64,000 nucleotides of DNA from an uncultured bacterium. GTDB taxonomy: Bacteria; Planctomycetota; UBA1135; GCA-002686595. The notes beneath the pieces are model-generated. The model searched no databases. It was not told where the DNA came from and saw nothing but the letters and a program-made list of their open reading frames with translations. Position numbers and translations under genes: made by a program. The number at the start of each line of letters is the position of its first letter. Positions within the stretch are counted from its first letter, which is position 1. The stretch spans positions 160,001-224,000 of the forward strand of contig CALSNU010000002.1 in the NCBI GenBank assembly GCA_943787795.1. Direction: 5' to 3'. Positions 48,027-56,771 of this stretch are shown piece after piece.

Positions 48027-51000
48027 TCAGAAGCTGAAGTCCGCGCTGAGGCTCAGGGCGTACTCGATCCCGCGCGTGTAGGAGGTATTGGTGACGTCAG
48101 GCCCGGTGAAGTCAGATCGATAGACCTCTTCGATCGTCGGGTTGGTCAGGTTCTTCGCCTGGAGCTTCAGCGACAGGTGCTGAGAGAGCCGCTGGGTGAG
48201 GCTGAAGTTGAGGGTCCCGAACGCCTTCTGGTAGACGGCGGGGATGTAGTTGCTGATCTGGCCGACGCTGTCCCCCGTGACGAGCGTGTCTCCTCGCACC
48301 GTGTAGAACAGGCCCATCTGGGTCCCCGTGTCCGGCACCTGATAGGTGAAGTACAGGTTGTAGAGGTACTCAGGCGCGTTGGTCGCGTCGCGGGAGGTCA
48401 GGTTGACACCGAGACCGCTGAACACGTCCACCTGGTCCTGCGGGAGCTGCACCGACGAGTCGATCAGCGTCGCGTTGGCTCCGACGGAGAGGCCCTCGAG
48501 GCGCTCCCACAGGGGTTCGAGCCGCTGCCGGACCTCGAACTCGACCCCGCTCAGGCGGCCCTTGGGGTAGTTGACCGGCGTGGTAAAACCGAAGTCGAAG
48601 ACGCGCTGGATGTACTCGATGGGCTGGTCGATGTCCTTGTGGAAGTACGACAGTGAGACCAGCGATTCCGCCGTCGGGCGGTAGTCCACCCGCAGGTCGT
48701 AGTTCGCGAGCCCCACCAGCTCGAGGTTGGGGTTACCGATGAAGACCGGCCCCCCGAGGAACTCCTGCTGGAGGATCGGGACGAGCTCCTTGAACGTCGG
48801 GCGCGCCACGGTCTGGCTGTAGGCCGCGCGAACGGACCAGTTCTCGTCCACGTCATACACCGCAGCGATGGACGGCAGGACGTCGTCCTCGGTGTAGGGC
48901 TCCGCGATCTCAGCCAGGATCTCCGGCGTGAACTCCGAGACCGCGGTCCCGTCCGGATCGAAGTACTGGGCGTCCGCTCCCGGGTCGAGGCGCGTGACGA
49001 TCTCGGTGCCCTCGAGCCGGACGCCCCCGATCAGTGAGAGGGAGGCATTGATGGGCACATCGAGCATCCCGTACCACGCGTCGACGTTGAACTCGCCCTC
49101 ATAGTCGACGTCGAGATCAAACTCCTGGCTGATGGGGTGGTTCTCATTCCCCCAGTTGGAGCTCCAGAACTCATTGAAGCCGCCGGAGTAAGTGATGAAG
49201 GGCTCACCGTAGTTGCTGAAGCTCTCCTGATCGAACTCCCGGTCGACCTGGTCATCGAAGTAGCCGACCTTCAGGTAGCCCTCGTCGCCGCTCCACTGCT
49301 CGAAGGGGAGCTCCCCGTTGAGCTGGATCTGGTTGCTGTCCTCCTCGATCGTCTTGAAGATCCGCTGCAGGTTGCCCAGCGTGAAGTTGGCCGCCGGCTT
49401 GAAGGCCTCGAAGAAGGGATCGTTGACGCCCGGCGGGATCCCGAAGGTCGGGTTGCCCGGGTCATAGCTGGGTGGCCGCCAGAGGGAGCCGAACAGTCGC
49501 TTGTCGGGTTGATCGAGGTCCGCGAAGCTCGACGCGAGCTTCCAGTCGAGGATGGGCGCCTTCAGCTTGATCGAATCACCGAGCGAGACGGACTCCATCT
49601 CGAGCTCGTGGCGACCGCTGAGCTGGAGCGTTCCGGTGGTGCGCTCCGTGTACTCAAGGGACTCCGTCCTCAGGTAGGGCGCCGCGTCCGTCTCGCTCCC
49701 GTAGTTGCCCGGCCCCGCGGGGTCGTTCGGGTCGTAGCCCGGGAAGAAGTACTCCTTGCCGCGGGTGTCCTCAGCGAGGGTCGCGCGATCTTCGGCCGTA
49801 TGGGAGTAGAGGTAGTCCAGCCCCACGCTATGCCCGTCCCACTCAGCGCCGAGAGAAGCAAGCCCGCCCCACTGGACCAGCTGAGAGGCCTGGGTGACAT
49901 CGAAGAGCGACGTGACGAACTCTCCCTCGTTGACGCCGCCCTGCCCGGTTTGCGGGGTCAACCCCGGCCCGACCACGCTGTTCACCCACCAGCTGTCGTC
50001 GACGCCGTTGTCGAAGAAGGAGCTGTCCTTCTCGTAGAAGAGGCTGAGGAAGCCGCCCACCTCCACGCCGCTGTCGAGCTCGCGCCCTCCGCCGAGGGCA
50101 GTGCTGAACTTGTAGTCGGTAGGAGCGCTGGAGGGGGAGACCCCCACGGCTCCCGACCAGTTCTCCCCGAGCGGCTGGATCGGACGCTCGTCGGCCTCGA
50201 GACCGAGCGCGCCGACGCCGCCGCCGCGGTACGAGAGGAACCCGGCCTCGTTGGTGGCCTGGGTGTTGTAGCTCGTCTGGGCCGAGAAGTTGAAGATCGG
50301 CTTGTCGGGGATCCGGTTCAGCACCAGATTGACCGCCCCGCCCGAGGCGTCTCCCTGCTGGTCGGGAGTGAAGGTCTTGGAGACCTGGATGCTCTCGATC
50401 ACCGCCTTGGGAAACTGGTCCAGCTCAACGGCGCGCTTGTCCTCGTTCGCGGAGGGCAGCCGCACGCCGTTCACCTGGGAACTGACGTAGCGGTCCGGCA
50501 AACCTCGAATGACCGGGGTCGAGTCCGCCGACACCGTGGCCCCCGAGACCAGTCCGAGCGCCTCATCCGCGCTGCCCACCGAGGCCTGAGAGAGCAGCTC
50601 GCTCCCCACGGAGTCGATGAGCGAGGGCGCATTGAAGCGCAGGTTCAGCAGCCCGATCTCGCCCGCGCCGCCGAAGCTCATGGGCGGTTCGAAGACGAAC
50701 TTGTCAATCTCGGTGAAGTTGTTGGTGAGCTCCGCATCGACGATCTCCAGGGCGCCCTCCTCGAGCACGACCTCCACGACCTCGCTGCTGAAGCCGGGTC
50801 CGGAGAAGACCACCGTGTAGCTACCCGCCGCCAGGCCAGAGAAGACGTAGGCCCCGCGGGCGTCCGCCTGGGCGGACTTCCCAAGCTCGACAATCTCCGC
50901 CCGGGCGCCGGCCGCGGGCTCGTCGAAGTCGACGTCGCGGATCGTGCCCTGGATCGAAGCTGACTGCTGACCGAACGTGAAGGCTGCGGTTAACTGCAGC

Positions 51001-51044
51001 AGTACGACGGCCACCATGCAGCGGTGGGCGATGCGTTGGAGCAC
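48027..51044 (-). CDS. TonB-dependent receptor with N-terminal carboxypeptidase-regulatory-like domain
   Basis: IRGLPDRYVSSQVNGVRLPS, LDQFP, SKTFTPDQQGDASGGAVNL, RAAYSQTVARP, GNPNL, C-terminal ADFSF; start 51044 (ORF open to 51143). Confidence 0.93.
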   Translation of the reverse strand: MLQRIAHRCMVAVVLLQLTAAFTFGQQSASIQGTIRDVDFDEPAAGARAEIVELGKSAQADARGAYVFSGLAAGSYTVVFSGPGFSSEVVEVVLEEGALEIVDAELTNNFTEIDKFVFEPPMSFGGAGEIGLLNLRFNAPSLIDSVGSELLSQASVGSADEALGLVSGATVSADSTPVIRGLPDRYVSSQVNGVRLPSANEDKRAVELDQFPKAVIESIQVSKTFTPDQQGDASGGAVNLVLNRIPDKPIFNFSAQTSYNTQATNEAGFLSYRGGGVGALGLEADERPIQPLGENWSGAVGVSPSSAPTDYKFSTALGGGRELDSGVEVGGFLSLFYEKDSSFFDNGVDDSWWVNSVVGPGLTPQTGQGGVNEGEFVTSLFDVTQASQLVQWGGLASLGAEWDGHSVGLDYLYSHTAEDRATLAEDTRGKEYFFPGYDPNDPAGPGNYGSETDAAPYLRTESLEYTERTTGTLQLSGRHELEMESVSLGDSIKLKAPILDWKLASSFADLDQPDKRLFGSLWRPPSYDPGNPTFGIPPGVNDPFFEAFKPAANFTLGNLQRIFKTIEEDSNQIQLNGELPFEQWSGDEGYLKVGYFDDQVDREFDQESFSNYGEPFITYSGGFNEFWSSNWGNENHPISQEFDLDVDYEGEFNVDAWYGMLDVPINASLSLIGGVRLEGTEIVTRLDPGADAQYFDPDGTAVSEFTPEILAEIAEPYTEDDVLPSIAAVYDVDENWSVRAAYSQTVARPTFKELVPILQQEFLGGPVFIGNPNLELVGLANYDLRVDYRPTAESLVSLSYFHKDIDQPIEYIQRVFDFGFTTPVNYPKGRLSGVEFEVRQRLEPLWERLEGLSVGANATLIDSSVQLPQDQVDVFSGLGVNLTSRDATNAPEYLYNLYFTYQVPDTGTQMGLFYTVRGDTLVTGDSVGQISNYIPAVYQKAFGTLNFSLTQRLSQHLSLKLQAKNLTNPTIEEVYRSDFTGPDVTNTSYTRGIEYALSLSADFSF

Positions 51045-51315
51045 AGGAGGTGGGAGATTGGATGCGTCGGACCCTGACCAGGTCGCGGTGCCCCGCCGGT
51101 GACCTGCTGACACCACATCAAGCGATGGAGCGGTCCTCAGCACGCGGTGGGGAGGATTGGAGGCGGCCTTTTGTGGCCACGGGGGGGACGCTATGGCTGC
51201 CGCCTAAAGGAAGTGCAAAGCCGACCCTGCCTTCGCATCAAGCGCTCATTCAGATCGGTTCACAAACCGCGCCTGGGCCCAACAAGGGCCCCAGGCCATC
51301 CGGCGATCGCCGCGC

Positions 51316-52845
51316 TCAGGCGACGCCGGAGCGTCGAACTACCGGCGCAGCGGCCTGGCTCAGTTGCCGGTCGCTGGCGCCCAGTCCACGAAGGATCTCC
51401 ACGGCCACTCTGCGCCCCCCGGCTGCCACGGCGAGCGTGCTCTGCCCCGGGAAGACGCTGTCCCCCACCAGGTGGAACCCCTTCGGGAGGCGCTCGCCGA
51501 GGACGCCCGCGTAGACACCCAGCCCAGCCCGCCTCGGGATCCCACCAACCAGGCCATCCGACCGGCCGGTCCAGCGCTTGAAGGTGCGCGCGGAGCCCGT
51601 GAACTCACGCACGACCCCGCACCACTCCGGCGCGAGCTCCGCGACCGTGCGGCGCATCCGGTCCTGGATCTGCTGGACGTACGCCCTGCCCCCGTCTTGG
51701 TCTCCTCGGATCCGGTCGACCGAGATGTGGGTGGAGAGCGTGGCCCGGCGGAGGGCAGGGTTGCTGACCCCCTCCTGCTCGGCGCCGATGGACATGAACA
51801 CGTGGTTCCCCTCCAGGAACGGCGCCCCGGGATCGGCCACCATCTCGAGGTGCTGGGCGCCGGGGCCGCAGCCCTCGGGCGGCCGCACCGTGCGGAAGAT
51901 CATCCCCGCGCTCCAGCCGCCAGACACCCGCCTCGACAGCCTCTTGAGCACCGGGTCGTCCAGCCCGGCGATCCGCGCCGCGTCCTGGGGCAGGGTGTTG
52001 AAGACGATGTGCGGTGCGCTCACCTCCTCACCGCCGCCGCTCGCGCTCCAGAGCCCGCGCGGGTCACGGTCCACGCCGCGAATCGGAGCACCGAAGTGGA
52101 CGCGCCCGCCGAGGGCCTCGATGGCGTGCACCATCCCCCAGGCCAGCTCGCCGATGCCGCCCTTCACGTGGACGGCGCCGCGGTGGTGATAGTCGAGGGC
52201 GGCCAGGGCGAAGGGCGCCTCTGCTTCCCTCACCCCGCACTGGACGGTGATCTGGCACTGGGAATCGAGCCAGTGCACGAGGGGGTCAAAGCCGGTCAGG
52301 CCGTAGCGCTCCAGGACTCGCCACAGGGGCCGGCCGACGAGCCCGGCCAGGGGCAGGTATGAGCCCAGCCGCGCCGCGTGCCGCGCGAGCGCGCGCGCGT
52401 TGAACGGAGGCAGGAGCTCGGCGTCATCGAGGAGCGGCCAGAGGGCCGCCGCCACGCGCTCCTGGAGGCGAAAGAAGCGACGCAGGCCGCGGACAGGCGC
52501 GCCGTCCATGCGTTCGAATTGCGCGAGCAGCGCGTCCCGGTCCCGATGCGCCAGGATCGAACGCCCTGGTGTCCGGAGCTCCAGGGCTGGGTCGAGGCGC
52601 TCGAACTCCACGGCCATCCCGTGACGCCTGATCCACTGGCCGAAGATCTGCTCGTCATCGAAGCCCGAGAACAGCGTCGCGCCGCCCTCGAATCGATCGC
52701 CGTCGTGGTCGAAGGTGCAGGCGCAACCGCCCGGATAGGTCAGCCGCTCGAAGAGGCGGACCTTGGCCCCGCGCTCGGCGAGGGAGAGCGCCGTCCCCAG
52801 CCCGCCGAACCCGGCGCCAACGACGATGGCGTCCGCGCGGCTCAT
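51316..52845 (-). CDS. FAD-dependent carotenoid desaturase/isomerase family (CrtD/CrtISO-like)
   Basis: IVVGAGFGGL, PGGCACTF, FEGGAT, HVKGG, GLVGG, LVGDSVFPGQST. Confidence 0.8.
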   Translation of the reverse strand: MSRADAIVVGAGFGGLGTALSLAERGAKVRLFERLTYPGGCACTFDHDGDRFEGGATLFSGFDDEQIFGQWIRRHGMAVEFERLDPALELRTPGRSILAHRDRDALLAQFERMDGAPVRGLRRFFRLQERVAAALWPLLDDAELLPPFNARALARHAARLGSYLPLAGLVGRPLWRVLERYGLTGFDPLVHWLDSQCQITVQCGVREAEAPFALAALDYHHRGAVHVKGGIGELAWGMVHAIEALGGRVHFGAPIRGVDRDPRGLWSASGGGEEVSAPHIVFNTLPQDAARIAGLDDPVLKRLSRRVSGGWSAGMIFRTVRPPEGCGPGAQHLEMVADPGAPFLEGNHVFMSIGAEQEGVSNPALRRATLSTHISVDRIRGDQDGGRAYVQQIQDRMRRTVAELAPEWCGVVREFTGSARTFKRWTGRSDGLVGGIPRRAGLGVYAGVLGERLPKGFHLVGDSVFPGQSTLAVAAGGRRVAVEILRGLGASDRQLSQAAAPVVRRSGVA

Positions 52846-53294
52846 GCCATCGCCTCGCCGTCCAGCAGCCGCACCATCACCCAGCCGACCAGCACGCCCC
52901 GCGCGGTCCACGCGAGCGTGCGGACGAGGTTGCCCGCCATCAGCGCGCGGTGGGTCGATTCATCAAAGCCCTGCTCGAGCCGACCGTGCTGCGGGACGGC
53001 GAAGAGGGCCGTCTCCAGCCACACCAAGCCCAGCAGCGCCAGGCCGACGATCCACACCCGGCCGTCGATCCCCGCGGGAGGCGAGAGCCAGAGTGTGATC
53101 GCGGTCAGCAGCTCCACGAGCATCAACGGTCCCACCACGAGCGAGATCCGCTGCATGTGTGACTCGTGGTAGGCACGGAAGCCCGAGCCCACGGATGCGA
53201 AGAGCGGATAGTGCACCACGTGGATCGTCCAGATCAGCCCCACCAGCGCCCAGGTGGACGCGGCGTGCGTGGCGAGGAGCAGTCCACCTGACAA
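52842..53294 (-). CDS. 4-TM membrane protein
   Basis: GLIWTIHVVHYPLF, YHESH, LMLVE, VPQHGRL, NLVRTLAW; ATGA overlap with desaturase. Confidence 0.8.
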   Translation of the reverse strand: MSGGLLLATHAASTWALVGLIWTIHVVHYPLFASVGSGFRAYHESHMQRISLVVGPLMLVELLTAITLWLSPPAGIDGRVWIVGLALLGLVWLETALFAVPQHGRLEQGFDESTHRALMAGNLVRTLAWTARGVLVGWVMVRLLDGEAMA

Positions 53295-53304
53295 GGCCGA
53301 TCCC

Positions 53305-54039
53305 TCAGCGCGTCCGCGCAGAAGAGAGGCCGCCGTCGACGCCGAGGATCTGCCCGGTCACCCAGCCCTGGCTCGGGTCGAGCATCCACTCGATGGCGCT
53401 GGCGACCTCGTCGGGCTCGCCGATCCGCCCGAGGGCGTGCATGGCGCGGGACGTCTCGAGCGCCTTCTCGGAGCTCGTGATCGGCGCGGCGAGCGGCGTG
53501 TCCACGAGGCCGGGGGCGACGACGTTGACGCGGATCCCCTGGGGGGCGTAGGTCGCGGCGGCTGAGAGAGCGAGCCCCTGGACGCCAGCCTTCGCGGCGG
53601 CGATGGCCTCGTGGTTGGGGAGGCCCGTGCGAGCGGCCGCGGTGCTGACCAGGACGATCGAGCCCCCACCGCGGCGCAGGGCGGCGGCGCCGGCGTGGAC
53701 CGTGGCGAAGGCCGAGCGGAGGTTGGTCCGGACCGTGGCGTCGAAGTCCTCGACCTTGGTCATGTGCGCGGGACGGAGGAGGATCGATCCCACGCTGTTG
53801 ACGATGCCGTCGAAGCGGCCGTGGGCCTCCTTACAGCGCTCGATGGCCGCCTTCACGTCGGCGGGCTCGGCGGCGTCGAGGGCCATGTGAGGCGCGTCGA
53901 GCTCCTCACCCAGGGCGGCGAGCTTGGCCTCATCGCGGGCGGCCAGCAGCAGGCGACCGCCGCGTCCTGAAATGCGACGGCAGAGCGCGCTGCCGATGCC
54001 CCCGGTCGCGCCGAGGATGACGTATGCATGGTCCTTCAC
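53305..54039 (-). CDS. SDR family oxidoreductase
   Basis: ILGATGGIG, HEAIAAAKAGV (I in place of catalytic Y), IRVNVVAPGLVDTP, WVTGQILGVDGG. Confidence 0.9.
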   Translation of the reverse strand: MKDHAYVILGATGGIGSALCRRISGRGGRLLLAARDEAKLAALGEELDAPHMALDAAEPADVKAAIERCKEAHGRFDGIVNSVGSILLRPAHMTKVEDFDATVRTNLRSAFATVHAGAAALRRGGGSIVLVSTAAARTGLPNHEAIAAAKAGVQGLALSAAATYAPQGIRVNVVAPGLVDTPLAAPITSSEKALETSRAMHALGRIGEPDEVASAIEWMLDPSQGWVTGQILGVDGGLSSARTR

Positions 54040-54136
54040 AGGGCGAAGTTCGCGCCGCCAGGCCCCCGGGATGCGGGGCAACGGGCTCTCTGGGGTGCCC
54101 GGGGGCCCCATGCCAGCGGCCCGGAGATGCGGTTCA

Positions 54137-54200
54137 CTGGGATCAGAGATCTGCTGGGATCACAGATCTCTGGGGATCACAGATCTCCTGGGATCACAGA
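54137..54200. repeat. 16-18-bp tandem repeat x4 (CTGGGATCACAGATCT), seven GATC sites
   Basis: Read directly; between photolyase stop and SDR start. Confidence 0.9.
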
Positions 54201-54236
54201 GGGGGGAGGCGCCGACACCCGCCGCTCCCGCTCCGG

Positions 54237-55868
54237 TCACTCCTCAGCGGCTGCGGCGACTCCCTCGGGCGTGAGCCGCTCGCCGGCCTCGAGGACCTCT
54301 CGAACGTGGTCGAAGATTCGCCCGTCCGCGGCCCGCTTCTCGGGAGCTCGCTTGGCCAGGGAGCGCAGCGGCATGGAGACCCGCTGGTTGCCCTCGAGCG
54401 AGCCCGCGTGCCGCTGGAAGTAGGCCCAGTAGAGTCGCGTGATCGGGCAGGTCTTCTTGGGGTGGAAGGCGCAGCCCCCGCAGAAGTCACTCATCCGGTC
54501 GATGTAGGCGGCGCCCGAGATGTAGGGCTTGGTGGTCATGGCCTCGCCGACCCCAAAGGTGCCCATGCCGAGCACGTTGGGCTCCACCACCCAGTCATAG
54601 GCGTCCACGTAGCAGGCCCAGAACCAGTCCGTCAGCTCACGGGGCGACACGTCCAGGAGCGTCCCCAGGTTCGCGAGCACCATCAGCCGCTCGATGTGGT
54701 GGCCGTAGCCGTCCCGCAGGACGCGGCCCGCCGAGACGTCGAGGCAGTCGAGGCCGGACGCCTGGCCCCAGTACGCCTCCGGGAGCGAGCGGGACGCGCC
54801 CAGCGCGCTTGGAGCCGCCCCGCGCAGCTCCGCCGGCGGCCGCTCCAGCCGGACGTTCTCCGGCAGGTCGCGGAAGCCGTCCGTGGCGCGGTGCACGTGC
54901 CGCACGAACTCGCGCCAGCCGAGGATCTGGCGGATGAAGCCCTCCCGGGACGCGATCGGCGCGTCCATGGACGCGACGTCGTCGACGACTTCCCGGGGCA
55001 GGAGCCGGTGCAGATGGAGCAGCGGGGAGATGCGCGTGTGGAAGAGGTTGTCCTCCTCCCGACTCATGGCGTCCTCGTAGGGACCAAAGGAGTCCATGCA
55101 CTCGGCCTGCGCCCACGCCCACACCTTGCTGGCGTGGGTCGCGCGGGTCGGTATCGAGCCGGGGTCAAGCGTTCCGGGGTGGTCCGCGTAGCGCTCCTCG
55201 ATGAGCTCGGCGACCTCGCGCTCGATGTCCCCGTGCCGGAAGCGGGGCACGGCGGGGGCGGGGGGGTCCCCCGGCCAAGGGAGGCGGTTCTCCCCGTCGA
55301 AGCTGGCCTTGCCGCCCTCGTACTTGCCAGCGCTGTCCATCAGGATCCCGGTGCGCTTGCGGACGTGGCGGTAGAAGCGGTCCATGCGCCAGGGAGCCTC
55401 GGCGCCGGTCCCCTTGACGAAGTCGTCGGCGGTGGTGAGCCACCCCTCGTGAGGCCGGGTCTCGAGGAGCCCCTCCACCACGAGGGCCTCGAGCTCCGCC
55501 CGGAGCTCCCGCTCGGCGGGCTCCATGTGCAGGAGCGGCCCGAGCTCGGTCGCCGCGGCCCGCAGGGGCTCCGCGTATCCCTCGCCCTCGCCCGCGACCA
55601 GGTAGCGCACCTGGACCCCGCGCCCCGCCTGCTCGAGGGCGAAGCGCCGCTGGTTGGCGAGCACGAGGAAGAGCTTCTGCTTGTGGTAGGGGCGGCGGCT
55701 GGCCTTGCCGGGGCACTCCACCATCACGATCCCCGCCTCGGTGGGCTTCAGCGCCGCGAGGGGACCGATCCCGTGGCTGAGCTGGTCATAGGGCACGTAC
55801 ACCCAGGACCGCTCGGGGCCGTCGCCCGCGGGGTTCGCCTTGGCGAGCTGCTCGAGGAAGGCTCTCAA
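54237..55868 (-). CDS. FeS-BCP cryptochrome/(6-4) photolyase (PhrB/CryB clade)
   Basis: DQL, YHKQKL, WRMDRFYR, FGPYEDAM, EGFIRQILGWREF, HHIERLMV, DAYDWV, KPYISGAAYIDRMSDFCGGC...CP; four Fe-S Cys. Confidence 0.92.
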   Translation of the reverse strand: MRAFLEQLAKANPAGDGPERSWVYVPYDQLSHGIGPLAALKPTEAGIVMVECPGKASRRPYHKQKLFLVLANQRRFALEQAGRGVQVRYLVAGEGEGYAEPLRAAATELGPLLHMEPAERELRAELEALVVEGLLETRPHEGWLTTADDFVKGTGAEAPWRMDRFYRHVRKRTGILMDSAGKYEGGKASFDGENRLPWPGDPPAPAVPRFRHGDIEREVAELIEERYADHPGTLDPGSIPTRATHASKVWAWAQAECMDSFGPYEDAMSREEDNLFHTRISPLLHLHRLLPREVVDDVASMDAPIASREGFIRQILGWREFVRHVHRATDGFRDLPENVRLERPPAELRGAAPSALGASRSLPEAYWGQASGLDCLDVSAGRVLRDGYGHHIERLMVLANLGTLLDVSPRELTDWFWACYVDAYDWVVEPNVLGMGTFGVGEAMTTKPYISGAAYIDRMSDFCGGCAFHPKKTCPITRLYWAYFQRHAGSLEGNQRVSMPLRSLAKRAPEKRAADGRIFDHVREVLEAGERLTPEGVAAAAEE

Positions 55869-56007
55869 GATCTCTCACCCAGGGTCAGGGAAGCACTCCG
55901 GATGCCTCCAGGCTGTTGCCCGCACCGAAGACCGGGCTGATGAAGGACTCGATTGGAATGGCGCACGGCGGGCTCTTCGAGTCGCGCCCTCGCATGGAGG
56001 CGCGTCG

Positions 56008-56748
56008 ATGAGCCGCGGCCCCCTCGTCCTCGGCGACATGGGCCACTCGCTCTCGCGCCTGAACCGGGCCCGGGCCACGTGCCGCGGCCTGGGCTTTGAC
56101 CTCAAGGAGGTCCTCTACCCCGGCTTCGAGGGACGGCCGCTGGCGCCCAACTTCGACGCCTTCATGGAGCAGGTGGAGCTCCAGGTCGACGTCTACCGCC
56201 TCTCCCACTCGCGGCCCCTGATCTACGCGACGGGGTTCGGGAGCCTCGTGCTCCTGGCGCTGAGGGCCCGGGCCAAGGTCCCCGACCTCCCCTCCATCAT
56301 CCAGGGCGCCGTGCCCTGGGAGACCGTCCGCGCCCGCGGGTCCGGGGACGCCAGCAGCGGCGTCCAGGATCAGAGCCGGTTGGCGGACCCGGAGGAGCAG
56401 GAGCGCTTCATGCAGGAGCACTTCTTCTCCCCCCTGGACGCCGATGAGCGGCGGTCATTCTTCTCAGGCATCGCCACGTGTTCTGCCTACCCTCACCTCT
56501 ATGAGTGGGTCGACGCGGGCTGGCTCGCCTCGTTGGAGGGCACCCTCGCCGGCCGCCCTCCGGCCATCGACGACATCCGAGTCTGGCTCTGCGGCCAGGA
56601 CGAGCTGACGGACGAGGAGGAGCACGACGCCGCCCTGCGCGCGCTGGGGGCCGAGTGGCCCACGGAGCGGGCCGAGCACTGGGGCCACTTCCCCTACATC
56701 GATGACCCCGGCCCATGGATCGGGGCAATTCAGGCCGCTGGAGTCTGA
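56008..56748 (+). CDS. Alpha/beta-hydrolase-fold protein with atypical nucleophile elbow
   Basis: YPGFEGR, IYATGFGS, CGQDE, WGHFPYID; GGAGG RBS. Confidence 0.7.
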   Translation: MSRGPLVLGDMGHSLSRLNRARATCRGLGFDLKEVLYPGFEGRPLAPNFDAFMEQVELQVDVYRLSHSRPLIYATGFGSLVLLALRARAKVPDLPSIIQGAVPWETVRARGSGDASSGVQDQSRLADPEEQERFMQEHFFSPLDADERRSFFSGIATCSAYPHLYEWVDAGWLASLEGTLAGRPPAIDDIRVWLCGQDELTDEEEHDAALRALGAEWPTERAEHWGHFPYIDDPGPWIGAIQAAGV

Positions 56749-56771
56749 GGCCCGGGGCGTATCCTCTTTCC

